Counted from the stretch's first letter, positions 1 to 11,600 are shown. The stretch: DNA of 64,000 nt from an uncultured Thermoplasmatales archaeon (GCA_964527715.1 CAZGOD010000004.1:11355-75354); one strand, 5' to 3'. Numbers and translations: made by a program. Notes: a model not told the origin generated them from the sequence alone.

Positions 1-796
1 CAAGTATTCTCTCACTCATACCATATGTTGTCTGATGACAATAATTGTGTTTTCCATCCCCCGTTTCATATGAGATTTCATATGGTTTAGAAAAATTATC
101 ACGGTACTGGTGAATGGAACCAAGTTGAAGTGTTCTAAGCGATGGCATTAAAACATCTATACTAATCGTGTAAAAAGCACCAGCGAACTTATCCCATTCG
201 GGTCGTTTAGAAAGAATAAATGGTAAGCAGAGTTTTTCAAAAAGACGAGTTGCTATTTCTTTATCTTCCTTTATTTGTTTCTCTGCATCCTTAAAATCAA
301 CATGGCAGGTATGTGCTTCAAAGAAATGAATCTCTCGGACTCTTATGAATGCTCTTGTTTGTTTTGTTTCATATCTAAAAGTGTTAACGATCTGATATGT
401 TTTTAATGGTAAATCAGCATGTGATCGTACCCATAGCGAAAAAATTGGGTACATAGCTGTCTCAGAAGTTGGACGTAAGAGCCATCTTTCTTCTAGTTCG
501 TTTAAACCCGCGTGTGTTATCCAGTAGACTTCACTACCGAATCCTTCGATGTGTTCTTCTTCTTTTTTAAAAGCTGATTCAGGGATTAACATTGGGAAAT
601 ATACTTCTTGATGATTAGTCTGTGTCATCTCGTCTCTTATCAGGTTATCTACATAGCCCATTAGTTTCCAGCCATAAGGGCGCCAGACGTTCATACCTTT
701 GATGGGGTATCTTTTATCACATAGGTCTGCTAGTTCTACTATTTCATTGTACCATTCATTGAAATCATCGGTTTTTTTGTACTTTGTCTCTGGCAT
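1..796 (-). CDS. proS: Prolyl-tRNA synthetase, archaeal/eukaryotic type. Only the N-terminal part is in the window; the gene runs off the window start.
   Basis: Manual minus-strand translation from the ATG (complement of 794-796) gives [43 protein letters not shown]...[61 protein letters not shown]. This matches the class II ProRS catalytic core motifs. The ORF is absent from the track because it is open at the window edge. Confidence 0.8.
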   Translation of the reverse strand, partial: MPETKYKKTDDFNEWYNEIVELADLCDKRYPIKGMNVWRPYGWKLMGYVDNLIRDEMTQTNHQEVYFPMLIPESAFKKEEEHIEGFGSEVYWITHAGLNELEERWLLRPTSETAMYPIFSLWVRSHADLPLKTYQIVNTFRYETKQTRAFIRVREIHFFEAHTCHVDFKDAEKQIKEDKEIATRLFEKLCLPFILSKRPEWDKFAGAFYTISIDVLMPSLRTLQLGSIHQYRDNFSKPYEISYETGDGKHNYCHQTTYGMSERIL

Positions 797-872
797 AATA
801 TGTTCAACCTGCAAATCAAAAAAGAAATGTTACTCTTAAATATGACGGTTCATAAGAAACAGTAATATTTGT

Positions 873-1022
873 TTATACTCCTCTTCCTTCTTTTGCTTTG
901 ATACGTAGTTCTTTTGATCTGCATCTCCTACATCTTTCAGCTTTTGGAGCATTTATGCAGCCGCATTTCATACATACTTTTTTGTTTAACAGTCGTTCTT
1001 CTGCTTCAGGGAATCTAGCCAT
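873..1022 (-). CDS. rpl40e: 50S ribosomal protein L40e, 49 aa, below the ORF-track length cutoff
   Basis: Manual translation gives [49 protein letters not shown]. This has the characteristic MARFPEAE N-terminus and the C4 zinc-ribbon of archaeal L40e. ATG start, TAA stop. Confidence 0.75.
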   Translation of the reverse strand: MARFPEAEERLLNKKVCMKCGCINAPKAERCRRCRSKELRIKAKEGRGV

Positions 1023-1157
1023 ATTGATAACCGCCTATATGGTGTATCGGAATAAAGAATTATTATTTAAATATAGTGCAGTGTTTTTCCTGGGTAATCA
1101 AAATTTATAGAAATATTCTTAATACAGTGATTATATCTCATCCATGGTGAGCACAAA

Positions 1158-1988
1158 GTGAAGGGGAGGACAAAATGTCCAAAATGCGAACATGATTTTG
1201 TATTGGACATGGAACCCGATGATAAAAAACATGAGGCAGTCTGCCCTAAATGTAAGACTAAATTTACCATAAAACCTACATGCCCACCATCAGACTCAGA
1301 TGAGGAATGCTACTGGGAGGAACATGGTGAGCCAAGGAAAACGATCTTATCATCCAAGAAAATAAAAACAAATAAACCTACAATAGCTGCTATCCTGCTT
1401 GTTTGTGTTTTTGCTATAGGAATAACAACCGCTGTTTTCTCTGAGACTTTTATAGAGACATCCCTTGATATAACCTCTGCTGTTGGAATGACTGGCACTA
1501 TAGAGATATATGTAAAAAATGAAACAAATGTCTCTCTACATGGTGTGTATGTAAAATATAATGGCGAAGTTGATATAACTGATGAAAAAGGATTTTCTTC
1601 TTTTGAAAAAGTCGAACCAGGTATTCAAACAATAGAAATAATTTTTTCAGGCTATAAAACAATTAAAAAAGAGATACTCGTCACTCCTTTTTTTACATCA
1701 TCTAATGATATAACTATGAACAAGAGTGACAAAACAGAAGAAGAAAACATACCATTTGATACTACGGGTTGCTCTCTTATCATATTGATTTTCTCAGTTT
1801 TTGCATTAATTGGTACCATCTCCTGTATAAACCGTAAAAATTTTGATGTAGCAATCGCAGGTAGTCTACTTGGAATGTTTTCTATTGGGTTTTTTATGAT
1901 AGGAGCAATATTGAGCATCGTTGCGTTTGCGGTTATTATGATGTCTAGAGATGAGTTTGGAGATGGAAAAAAGGGAAAATTCTTCTAA
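1158..1988 (+). CDS. Membrane protein with an N-terminal C4 zinc ribbon, a beta-sandwich ectodomain and C-terminal transmembrane helices
   Basis: CPKCEHDF...CPKCKTKF zinc ribbon, then a TM helix (IAAILLVCVFAIGITTAVF), an ectodomain with N-x-S/T sequons, and two C-terminal TM helices. Confidence 0.5.
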   Translation: MKGRTKCPKCEHDFVLDMEPDDKKHEAVCPKCKTKFTIKPTCPPSDSDEECYWEEHGEPRKTILSSKKIKTNKPTIAAILLVCVFAIGITTAVFSETFIETSLDITSAVGMTGTIEIYVKNETNVSLHGVYVKYNGEVDITDEKGFSSFEKVEPGIQTIEIIFSGYKTIKKEILVTPFFTSSNDITMNKSDKTEEENIPFDTTGCSLIILIFSVFALIGTISCINRKNFDVAIAGSLLGMFSIGFFMIGAILSIVAFAVIMMSRDEFGDGKKGKFF

Positions 1989-2511
1989 GAGGATAATACT
2001 CATCTTTTTTATATTATTTCTGATATGGATATTATTACAATTTTTGGCTCCTCTAGCACTATCAAGTGATAGTGTGAGGGATTTATCTGGTCTTACAGCA
2101 GTATCAAACAATGAAGATATCATATCTAAGATGTCTCAACCATGGAACCTAATATACTCTGCAGGGGATAGATTATGTCATCAAAAAATGGAACGGTCTT
2201 TTTTCATTAACGGGAATCAGATGCCCTTCTGTATCAGATGTACAGCAATATGGCTCGGCATAGCATTAGGGCTTGGCATGATGGTTTTTTACAAAATCAA
2301 ATTGGATAAAAAATTCTTAATATTAATCCTTGTTGGAATATTACCAATTGGTGCCGATGGAATAGGTCAGCTCTTAGGACTATGGGAGAGTTCAAATATT
2401 ATACGTTTAGTAACTGGGCTAACAATAGGTATAATCTGTGGAATGACTATTGGCATTATAATAGACGAACTAAGAGAAATTAGCATCAAAAGGGTTAAAA
2501 AGAGCAAATAA
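1960..2511 (+). CDS. DUF2085-family membrane protein
   Basis: The motif LCHQKMERSFFINGNQMPFCIRCTAIWLG matches the conserved CHQ...C.RCT(G/A)I signature of DUF2085, with multiple TM helices. The start is ambiguous: the track ORF begins at 1951, and an ATG at 1960 also works. The gene overlaps the upstream gene's end. Confidence 0.5.
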   Translation, partial: EMEKRENSSKRIILIFFILFLIWILLQFLAPLALSSDSVRDLSGLTAVSNNEDIISKMSQPWNLIYSAGDRLCHQKMERSFFINGNQMPFCIRCTAIWLGIALGLGMMVFYKIKLDKKFLILILVGILPIGADGIGQLLGLWESSNIIRLVTGLTIGIICGMTIGIIIDELREISIKRVKKSK

Positions 2512-2565
2512 TTTATAAACCAAGACACTATTTCCCACAGAAAAAATGGGGGATTTGATTAAAAT

Positions 2566-3210
2566 ATGAATCAAGAACAATATTATAATCAAAACCAGTA
2601 TATGACAACTATGGCACCAAGCTCTATGTCGCTTAGTGGCGATGAAAAAGTAGTATGGTATGGAAAAAGATGCTGGGAAAGCCTTTTAGGAAAAATGGTT
2701 ATTGGAATAGTTCTAATGGTACTTTGGGTAGTTTTCTCTGCTCTTGCGCTATTCAACGCAGGAATTGTTCTAATGTTATTTTTGTTTTTCTTCCTACCTG
2801 GCTTATGGTCAATAATTAGTGCGATTCTTTTACATATCGGATCAGAATACGTCATTACCAATCATAGAGTTTATATGAGATATGGTGTAATTAGAAGAGT
2901 TGTAGCAGAAGCAAAATTCGATAAAGTTACCGACACCAGATTTGAACAAAACATATGGGGAAGGCTTCTAACCTATGGTGCGGTTATGGTAAACACAGCC
3001 GGTACAGCCTGGCATGAAATCTTTTACTCAGGTGTTAAAAATCCTGAATACCTGAATAACATCCTGAGAGACAATTTGAAATACAGAGAAAAACACGATA
3101 AAAAACAGACAAGAATTGAACGAATGAGAGATAAATTCTACACTGGAGAAATTACAGAGGCACAGTTTAACGAAGCTGAGAAGAAAATATTATCAGAGGG
3201 GAACATATAG
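2566..3210 (+). CDS. Membrane protein with a bacterial PH (bPH_2/DUF304) domain and a C-terminal SHOCT-like motif
   Basis: Two TM helices followed by YVITNHRVYMRYGVIRR, which is the bPH_2 signature. The C-terminal ITEAQFNEAEKKIL resembles a SHOCT motif. Confidence 0.55.
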   Translation: MNQEQYYNQNQYMTTMAPSSMSLSGDEKVVWYGKRCWESLLGKMVIGIVLMVLWVVFSALALFNAGIVLMLFLFFFLPGLWSIISAILLHIGSEYVITNHRVYMRYGVIRRVVAEAKFDKVTDTRFEQNIWGRLLTYGAVMVNTAGTAWHEIFYSGVKNPEYLNNILRDNLKYREKHDKKQTRIERMRDKFYTGEITEAQFNEAEKKILSEGNI

Positions 3211-3211
3211 A

Positions 3212-3667
3212 CTAATCACTCTCTTTCTTATTTTTATTATAATCTTGACGACCTTGGGCTATAAAAATTACTCCTATTAGTGATAAAAAACCAAGGGGTA
3301 TACCAAGAATTATCGGTAACATAAGTATCATACCAATTGCAGCAATCATACCAAATACAATGGAAAATATCCACATTTTTCTTTTAATAGCTAACACACC
3401 ACTTAAAACTGGGAAAACACTAATAACAGAACCAAGTATCCCCTGAGTAACAATAATATCTTTAACCTCCGCATTAGTCATATTATAATATACTGACTCA
3501 TTATCTTCAAATAAATCAGGATAATTCTCCCTTATAAGCTGTACTGAGGATTCATCTGCTAACGCAGATGGAACAGAAAGAACAAGACCAATTATTCCAG
3601 CTATCAACAAGAGAAAACCAGCGATTTTAATCTTTGAAGTTTTAATAATCTCCACCTCAGTTTTCAA
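3212..3667 (-). CDS. Hypothetical multi-pass membrane protein
   Basis: 151 aa with a signal/TM segment, a short ectodomain and 3 further TM helices. No recognisable motif. Confidence 0.4.
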   Translation of the reverse strand: MKTEVEIIKTSKIKIAGFLLLIAGIIGLVLSVPSALADESSVQLIRENYPDLFEDNESVYYNMTNAEVKDIIVTQGILGSVISVFPVLSGVLAIKRKMWIFSIVFGMIAAIGMILMLPIILGIPLGFLSLIGVIFIAQGRQDYNKNKKESD

Positions 3668-3706
3668 ATCTAGTTTAATATTTTATTAATATTTAGTTAT
3701 ATTCAA

Positions 3707-4369
3707 TTATTTTTTACTTTTTTTTCTCTTTTTTAGGATATTTGGCATAATCTTAGTAACAACATACCAGAAAAGAATTGCACCGTAAACAACGAGCCCT
3801 ATTTGATAATATGTAAAGTATTGACTTTGATAAAATCTTGCAGCGTCAGCTAACGCGTTGAAAGGTAGCTGAAGTATGATCGCTATCATTAGATGTTTTA
3901 TCAGTTTACCTGAGTATAGTCCATAGCCAATATATGAGCCCGTGGCAGCATGAAATAATATAAATCCTATCGACCCAAACGCTATAAGAGAAATAAATGA
4001 AATATCACTTTGTATTTGACTTCCTGCTATAATCAATAATGGTGTGAATGATGAGCCGAATCCTAAACCCATTGACAATCCATAGATAGTGGTCTCTTTT
4101 TTTCTCTGAAGTCTACCTATATTGAGCACTACTGTTTTGATTAATTGTTCGAAAAATGCAAATAAAGCTATATATACTAATAGTAGAGCAGGAGGATTAA
4201 GATATGCTCTAACAAATGCTGCAATGACACCTAGAATGATACCTATTACAAATATTAAAAATATTGCTTTATCCTTATAGAGGCCCTCATATCCTTTCAA
4301 GCTTATATAGAGTAAAATTAGAGCAGGGATTATCCCTAAAAATAAAACTGCTTGAACTGGTACTGGCAT
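3707..4369 (-). CDS. Polytopic membrane protein, possibly a PrsW-like intramembrane protease
   Basis: Six or more TM helices. FEQLIK resembles the EExxK motif, ILFHAATGSYIGYG the FxxxH motif, and KHLMIAIILQLPFNALAD the H...N/D motif of the PrsW/CPBP family. The resemblance is weak. Confidence 0.35.
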   Translation of the reverse strand: MPVPVQAVLFLGIIPALILLYISLKGYEGLYKDKAIFLIFVIGIILGVIAAFVRAYLNPPALLLVYIALFAFFEQLIKTVVLNIGRLQRKKETTIYGLSMGLGFGSSFTPLLIIAGSQIQSDISFISLIAFGSIGFILFHAATGSYIGYGLYSGKLIKHLMIAIILQLPFNALADAARFYQSQYFTYYQIGLVVYGAILFWYVVTKIMPNILKKRKKSKK

Positions 4370-4440
4370 TTTAGTCGAGCAAGAATGGAGAAGAATATAT
4401 TAAAGGCCATCGATTACCCAATAACAATGAGTTTAAGGAG

Positions 4441-5121
4441 TTGAAAACTATGTTAAGAACACCAGTTATTGTTCTAAACGTGAAAACATATGCGGAAGCA
4501 ACAGGCGACAAAGCACTACAAATAGCTAGATTAATGGACAAAATAGTAGAAGAAACTGGTGCTAGTATGGCTATAGCAGTACAAGCCACTGATATAATGC
4601 TATGTACAAAAGAAGTATCTATCCCTGTTTTCGCTGAACATGTTGATCCGATAAAACCGGGTAGCAATACTGGTTGGACTCTGCCAGAGGCAGTTAAAGC
4701 AGCAGGGGCAATTGGCACTCTAATTAATCACAGCGAGCATAGGTTGAAACTCGCCGATGTTGATATTTGTATTACTCGTGCAAAAGAACTAGATTTAGAT
4801 CATATTGTTTGCTCAAATAATATTGCAACTTCAAAATCAATTGCAGCGTTCTCACCTAATTTCATAGCAGTGGAACCACCAGAGTTAATCGGAGGAGATA
4901 TCTCTGTTACCGCAACGGATCCTAATGTTGTCAGTGGGAGTGTAAACGCGGTTAAAACAGTTGATAAAAAAGTAAAAGTACTCTGTGGTGCGGGTGTAAA
5001 AAATGGTAAAGATGTGGCTAAAGCAATTGAATTAGGCGCAGATGGTGTACTACTTGCTAGTGGAATAGTAAAAGCCAAAGATAAAGAAAAAGTCATCAAG
5101 GATTTAGCATCAGGTTTATAA
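4441..5121 (+). CDS. tpiA: Triosephosphate isomerase, archaeal short form
   Basis: PVIVLNVKTYAEATG...LINHSEHRL...AVEPPELIGG...LCGAGV match archaeal TIM motifs. The track start is a TTG at 4441; an ATG at 4450 (MLRTPVIV) is an alternative. Confidence 0.85.
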   Translation: MKTMLRTPVIVLNVKTYAEATGDKALQIARLMDKIVEETGASMAIAVQATDIMLCTKEVSIPVFAEHVDPIKPGSNTGWTLPEAVKAAGAIGTLINHSEHRLKLADVDICITRAKELDLDHIVCSNNIATSKSIAAFSPNFIAVEPPELIGGDISVTATDPNVVSGSVNAVKTVDKKVKVLCGAGVKNGKDVAKAIELGADGVLLASGIVKAKDKEKVIKDLASGL

Positions 5122-5122
5122 T

Positions 5123-5278
5123 TTATCTGACTAGTTTTCTAATTTTAAACTCTCCAACACCCACTGGTATAATTTCTATTTCATCTCCATCGTTTATGTC
5201 ATGAGCCTCCGCTAATTGACTAGGAATAGTAAGTACGAGACTACTACCAACAATTCGGGCTTTCCTTGTTAGAGGCAT
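5123..5278 (-). CDS. AbrB/MazE (SpoVT-AbrB swapped-hairpin) family small DNA-binding protein, 51 aa, below the ORF-track cutoff
   Basis: Manual translation gives MPLTRKARIVGSSLVLTIPSQLAEAHDINDGDEIEIIPVGVGEFKIRKLVR. The RIVG.S..LTIP...A....I..GDE pattern is the classic AbrB-type signature. Confidence 0.55.
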   Translation of the reverse strand: MPLTRKARIVGSSLVLTIPSQLAEAHDINDGDEIEIIPVGVGEFKIRKLVR

Positions 5279-5460
5279 CTCCCATCCACCACAAGACTAC
5301 GTAATGTATACTTGAATATATATATGTTTTGATTTTTTCAAATATATCCAAATATATCTATCTCAATTAAAAATATATTAAACTCCAATTAAATTATCAA
5401 TAAAACCAAAAAGTTATGAATAAAAACATGATACCACCTCAATGAAAGGGGCGAGGCTTA

Positions 5461-6120
5461 ATGAAAATATTTATCGACACAGCAGACCTAAATGAAATAA
5501 AAGAACTAGCATCATGGGGAATAATAGACGGAGTAACAACTAACCCAACACTAGTAGCCAAAAGCGGAACATCATTTAATAAAATCATAGTAGAAATATT
5601 CAAAATCGTAGATGGACCAATCAGTCTAGAAGCAGTCAACGAAAAAGCAGATGACATAGTAAAAGAAGCAAAACAACTCGTATCAAAAGTCCCACAAAAA
5701 CACAGAAAAAACGTAACAATAAAAATACCAATGACACCTGAAGGCCTAAAAGCTGTAAAAAAACTCAGCAAAGAAGGAATCAAAACCAACGTAACACTTG
5801 TCTTCTCAGCAAACCAAGCACTACTAGCAGCAAAAGCCGGAGCAACCTTCGTCAGCCCATTCATAGGAAGACTCGATGACATCGGCCAAGAAGGAATGCA
5901 AATAATAGAAGAAATAATGGAAATATACACAAACTATGATATAAAAACAGAGCTAATCGTAGCAAGCATTAGACACCCAATACACGTGATACAAGCCGCA
6001 CGACTCGGAGCAAACATAGCAACAGTTCCACCAAATATTATAAGAAAAATGGTAAAACACTCATTAACCGATGTTGGAATTAAAAGATTCCTAGACGACT
6101 GGAAAAAAGTCAAAAAATAA
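5461..6120 (+). CDS. tal: Transaldolase / fructose-6-phosphate aldolase family (short Tal/FSA type)
   Basis: [15 protein letters not shown]...GVTTNPTL...TIKIP...[13 protein letters not shown]-barrel Schiff-base lysine context typical of ~220-aa archaeal transaldolases. Confidence 0.85.
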   Translation: MKIFIDTADLNEIKELASWGIIDGVTTNPTLVAKSGTSFNKIIVEIFKIVDGPISLEAVNEKADDIVKEAKQLVSKVPQKHRKNVTIKIPMTPEGLKAVKKLSKEGIKTNVTLVFSANQALLAAKAGATFVSPFIGRLDDIGQEGMQIIEEIMEIYTNYDIKTELIVASIRHPIHVIQAARLGANIATVPPNIIRKMVKHSLTDVGIKRFLDDWKKVKK

Positions 6121-6122
6121 GT

Positions 6123-6410
6123 TTATCTTTTTAGTTTACCGAATTCTTTTTTTCTCTCTTTTGAAGTAAGCCCTGTAGCCTCAAGAAGAAACTCATTCCA
6201 CTTCTTAACGATACTATAATCGCTACAGACTTTCTTAGGAGGCTCAATGTCTACAATGAGGTAATTTTTATCCTGTTTCATATCAACTTTACCAATGCCC
6301 TCTACCTCAAATTTCATACCTTTCTCGATATCACCCTGTGCTCCAAAGTATCTTGACACAAGTGTTCCAATACCAGAGTCATGTCCTTTTTTAATCCTAT
6401 ATTCTCTCAT
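6123..6410 (-). CDS. Hypothetical lysine-rich small protein
   Basis: 95-aa ORF in the gap between tal and hppA. No motif recognised. Confidence 0.35.
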   Translation of the reverse strand: MREYRIKKGHDSGIGTLVSRYFGAQGDIEKGMKFEVEGIGKVDMKQDKNYLIVDIEPPKKVCSDYSIVKKWNEFLLEATGLTSKERKKEFGKLKR

Positions 6411-6474
6411 AGTAAATCACTTTTTGACATTAGAAATTGGAATATTAACCTTTGGATTTATCCAGGTCTATATC

Positions 6475-8529
6475 TTAGTGGAAATAAATAATCAAAGGTA
6501 AGAACACTAGTGATACAATTGACATAAGCTTAATGAGAATATTAAGCGAAGGACCAGAGGTATCCTTACATGGGTCACCAACTGTGTCACCTATAACAGT
6601 AGCCTTATGAGGACTTGATCCCTTTCCACCAAGATTACCTGATTCAATATATTTTTTCGCGTTATCCCAAGCACCACCAGCATTAGCCAAGAAAACAGCT
6701 AAAAGAAAACCTGTGGCAATAGAACCAATTAACAAGCCAGCAAGCCCAGTCGGCTTTAAAACAAGACCCACCGCAATTGGAGAAACAACGGCCATTAAAC
6801 TTGGGACAATCATCTCCTTCAAAGCTCTATCAGTACTAATTTTCACACATCTCTCATAATCAGGTTTATTCTTATTACTCTTCAGAAGATTAAATTTCTT
6901 AAACTGATATCTCACCTCTTCAACCATAGCATACGCTGCTTTGCCAACAGCTCCTAATGTAAGAGCAGAAAAAACAAAAGGAAGCATCGCACCAATGAAA
7001 ATACCGGAAATCAGATAGGGATCCTCTAAGGTAAGATTGATATTCGCGCCAAGACCTTTCGCAGTTATAATATAAGTAAAAATCAACGCAAGAGAAGTAA
7101 TCGCTGCACTCCCAATAGCAAAACCCTTACCCATAGCCGCAGTAGTATTACCAACGGCATCAAGCTGCTCAGTTCGCTCCCTAACTTCTTTACCCATACC
7201 TGCCATCTGAGATATACCCTGAGCATTATCCGCTACAGGACCATAACAATCCGTAGCAAGAGAAACACCAAGTATACTAAGCATACCAACAGCTGAAAGT
7301 GCCACACCATAAAAATCTGCTAACTCATGGGCAACAAGCATCGCAACAACCACAGCTATAACAGGTATAACAGTACTCAACATACCAACCTGCATACCCT
7401 GTATTATAACAGTCGCAGGACCTGTTTTAGCAGATTCAGCTATTTTCTTAACAGGTTTATTTTTCTCAGAAGTAAAGTACTCCGTACTAAGACCAATGAT
7501 GATACCAGCGATAAGCCCTGCGATCATAGCATAAAACGGTTCCATTTCTCCAATGATATACCACGTAGCTACACCGGCGAAGATAGCAGTTATTATAGTA
7601 CTAACAAAAAGCGAGTTACGCAATGCACCATAGATGTTCTTTCCTCTTCCAAGTATAACTACTAGAGTCCCAATAATCGAAGCAAATATACCCATTCCTG
7701 CTACAATCAAGGGTAGGAAAACAGCCATCTCTCCGTAACTCTTAATTGCGAATCCACCAGCAACTGCTCCAAGTGCCATAGTAGCGATAATCGAGTCAAC
7801 ATAGGATTCAAATAAATCTGCACCCATCCCAGCGACATCACCAACGTTGTCACCTACTTGATCAGCAATAACTGCGGGGTTACGAGGATCATCCTCAGGG
7901 ATACCTGCTTCTATTTTTCCAACTAGATCAGCGCCTACATCCGCTGATTTTGTATAGATACCCCCACCAACTCTTGCAAACAGAGCAATGGAAGAAGCAC
8001 CAAATCCAAACCCAAACAAGATACTAGTGGTGACATCAGTTCCACTTACTTGTACTACTTCACTGAATAGATAATACAACCCAGCAATTCCAAGTACACC
8101 CAGACCAACTACGCACATACCCATTACTGCCCCACTTGAAAAAGCAATAGATAGGCCTTTGCTCACATCCTTCTTTGAGCCCTCCGCAGTTCTCGCATTA
8201 GCCATTGTAGCTGTACGCAAACCAATGTTACCTGAAACAGCTGAAAAAATAGCGCCGACAATAAAAGCAACAGATAAACCCCAGTGCATATTAAACTCAG
8301 GGATTTTTGACGCAATGAACAACAATAAAGCAACAACTATTACAAAAATTACAAGGACTTTATATTCACTTTTTAGAAACGCCATAGCGCCTCTGCGAAT
8401 AGCGCTACTTAATTCTTTCATCTTCTCATTTCCAGCGCTTTGCCTTTTAACAGAGTAATAAAGAACTATAGCAAAAAGCAAAGCAGCTATCCCACCTAAA
8501 GGGGCAATTAACAACTCAACTGCAAACAT
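6475..8529 (-). CDS. hppA: Membrane-bound proton- or sodium-translocating pyrophosphatase (V-type PPase)
   Basis: 684 aa and polytopic. The [24 protein letters not shown] and [17 protein letters not shown] signatures are diagnostic of H+-PPases. Confidence 0.9.
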   Translation of the reverse strand: MFAVELLIAPLGGIAALLFAIVLYYSVKRQSAGNEKMKELSSAIRRGAMAFLKSEYKVLVIFVIVVALLLFIASKIPEFNMHWGLSVAFIVGAIFSAVSGNIGLRTATMANARTAEGSKKDVSKGLSIAFSSGAVMGMCVVGLGVLGIAGLYYLFSEVVQVSGTDVTTSILFGFGFGASSIALFARVGGGIYTKSADVGADLVGKIEAGIPEDDPRNPAVIADQVGDNVGDVAGMGADLFESYVDSIIATMALGAVAGGFAIKSYGEMAVFLPLIVAGMGIFASIIGTLVVILGRGKNIYGALRNSLFVSTIITAIFAGVATWYIIGEMEPFYAMIAGLIAGIIIGLSTEYFTSEKNKPVKKIAESAKTGPATVIIQGMQVGMLSTVIPVIAVVVAMLVAHELADFYGVALSAVGMLSILGVSLATDCYGPVADNAQGISQMAGMGKEVRERTEQLDAVGNTTAAMGKGFAIGSAAITSLALIFTYIITAKGLGANINLTLEDPYLISGIFIGAMLPFVFSALTLGAVGKAAYAMVEEVRYQFKKFNLLKSNKNKPDYERCVKISTDRALKEMIVPSLMAVVSPIAVGLVLKPTGLAGLLIGSIATGFLLAVFLANAGGAWDNAKKYIESGNLGGKGSSPHKATVIGDTVGDPCKDTSGPSLNILIKLMSIVSLVFLPLIIYFH

Positions 8530-8697
8530 TTTAACAACTCACCCTCGTGATTCTGGTATCAATATAACTTATTTAATGATTATGTTTTAAGATTCAGGTA
8601 ATATTTGTAAAGATATAAATATAAATTATAAAGGATAATTAAATACTTAAAAAAACATGCCCTGACGCAAAAGATTCTACTAATAGAATGAGAAACC

Positions 8698-11600
8698 ATG
8701 TTAAAGAAACTAGGTAACATAATAGAAAAACGACCATGGCTGGTAATCTCAGTAATTTTACTCATAACACTTGGATTTGCAACCTTGATTCCCTCAATAG
8801 AAATGAAAACTGAATTCGAAGATTTCATGCCAGAAGATGAAACAGTAGAAGCAAATATGAGAATAATGGAATACTTCGGAGAAAGCCAACAACCAATGTT
8901 TTTATACGTAGAAAGCCAACAAGCAACACATACATTATCAATAGAAGCACTAAAAGAACAACACTACATAATAAACGAGCTCATTAAAATGCCAGAAATC
9001 GAAAGCGCAACAGATATCACATTTTTTATAGATCAAATATGTCAACTAGAATTCGGACAAAAATTTAGAGATTGCACAGATGAACAAATCAACATAGCAA
9101 TACAGGATTTATTAGAAGAACATAATTCTAAAACAATAAGAATACTCGACGTAGATGATTCAAATGAAAAAATAGAGTACAATAGATACCCTGGAATATC
9201 CAAAGGTAAATCAATTGATGAACTTGATATTAAAAACTTCGACATAGGCTATGATAAAAAAACAATTAATTTTTCTATAGAAGTTTACGATTTATCATCT
9301 TTTGAATCAAAAATCAAATCACCAATAAATCTTGTCAATGTGATTGAATGGTACCTAGATTTTGATAATCTTATAAAACCAGATGAAAGGCTAGATATAT
9401 CATATAAGATAGCAGCTCATATTGAACCAAAACATGCAGTATGGGGAGTGGGAGATGGGATATTAGACAACATTAAAAGAAATTTATTGAGTCTAAGAAA
9501 CCGGGAGTTATTCAACGTTTATGAAAAAAGCGTTATCCTATGGATTAAACCACCTGATCAGGATATGTATTTCCCTATAACATTGGAAACTGGAGAGATC
9601 AACTTTAACATCGAAGAGAATCAGATAGAAATTAGCGTTTCAAAAGATGATCTTGCCAATTATGGTGTAGCACCATGTTTCGGTGTTTATGAACTACCAG
9701 CGAAACTAAGTAATTTCAAAGCAGGTACTAGATTTTATCAGACTCCATTTATAAGATTACCATGGTTTAGAGTTGAATTTAACACTAGTTATCTAATAAA
9801 TAATCTAGAAAAAATTATAAATCGTCCTTTACTTGGTGGTATTGCTGGGAGGTTGCTCAATAGTTTTGCTGGTTTATCCTGGCAAGATTTCGATGAGTTT
9901 TTTGGAACAATCGATGAAAACATGCCTCTACCTGACAGAATCGCATTGAAAGATATTGAAAGCTCCTGGATAGATGTTGATGTGGCACCTAATTCAGATT
10001 TTGCTTCAAACGTTTTGTTTATTAAACCATCGTTGTATGATGATTTACAATTAGGTGCAAAAGGTTTCCTTTCTAAGGATTATACTAGACCCGTAGCTAG
10101 CCTAATAATTTTAAATCTTAATTTAACTGGATCTTATGAAGAAACACTAGAATCCACTAGGGAGATTTTGAAAAGCTTAGAAAAAATCGATTCAACTAAT
10201 AACTTTATATCTGTAGAAGCAACTGGTGATAGTGTTATCTCTGTTCAAATCGATGAGGTTACAACAGAGGCAAATATGATTATTATGCCAATGATTTTTA
10301 TTGTTATAATCACAATTCTATTTGTTTTTTTCAGGAGACCATCTTATATTGCTCTACCACTACTCGCATTGGTAGTCTCAACTATTTGGCTTTTTGGAAC
10401 AATGGTCTTACTTGATAAACCATTTACCACAATCGCCGTAGCACTTGTACCAATCATCATGGGATTAGGTGTCGACTATTCAGTTCATCTTTCACATAAC
10501 TATAGAACAGAGCTTTCCAAAGGGCGAACACCAGGTGAAGCTATTAAAAAATCTGTCCTTGAAATTGGAACAGCTATGTTCCTAGCTATGCTAACAACAG
10601 TTATTGCTTTTCTATCATTCCTAAGCGCTAGTCTACCACCAATAAGAGATTTTGGATTACTACTAGCCCTTGGAATATTTTACACATTCATCACTGCTAT
10701 AACATTTCAAGCAGCTATCCGATATGTAGTTGATAGGAAGAAAAAAGAATACAAAACTGGGAAAAAGAAATCCATTAAATTAGATGTGTTAATGGGTAAA
10801 CTTTCAAAAATTATTTTATGTCATCAGAAAAAAATTCTGGCATTAATCCTTTTGATAACACTTGTTAGCGCGATAGGGGCTTCCCAGATTAAAACAGGTT
10901 TTGATTTTGAATCATTTGTCCCTGAAGATAACCCAGCTATAGAACTCTTTGGAAAAATCGAAGAGAACTTTCCCTTCTCTGGCCAGAATCAAGAATATAT
11001 CCTACTCGAAGGTAGCGTCGCAACAGTTGATTCTTTAGAGGGTATTATAAGGACTCATGATAACCTTGAAGATGATACGTATGTAGGTAGAAACGTCGAT
11101 GGCTCAGCAAAGACCAGCAGTATGTATACGATAATTAATCAAGCAGTAAAAAACAATGCTACCCTTATCGATGAATTTAACCTGGATAGAACTACAGGCA
11201 TACCAAGGACTGATCAAGATGTAGAACATTTATTCGATTACCTATATGAAAGCGAAGAATATGGCATACTAGTTAGAAATACTCTCCATAGGACAAACGG
11301 TGAATACGATGCGTGCCTGATTAGAATATTCATCGACATGGCCGCTGAGAACATAGAAACAGAGGATTTAGGAGAAGACCTAGAGCTCTTAACTGAAGAA
11401 TTCACTGACGACATTGAAAACTATGGGGATGTAGAAGCAATAGTAACCGGACAGTTTGTAATAACTCATAGAATCACTAATTCATTAACTGAAAGTCAGA
11501 TAATTTCAACAGCTATCTCACTTGTTTTAGCAACTATAGTGCTTATCATAGCATATAGAAAACCAACACTTGGGCTCATTGTGATTATACCTGTGATGAT

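Noticed and set aside
4371-4718. 115-aa minus-strand ORF
   Set aside because: Lies entirely antisense within the well-supported tpiA gene. The Ala/Ser-rich product is typical of a shadow ORF.
5439-5930. 163-aa minus-strand ORF
   Set aside because: Antisense to the transaldolase gene. Ser/Phe-rich and low-complexity, so a shadow ORF.
7327-8458. Plus-strand ORFs 7327-7665 and 8159-8458
   Set aside because: Both are antisense within hppA, whose motifs are unambiguous.
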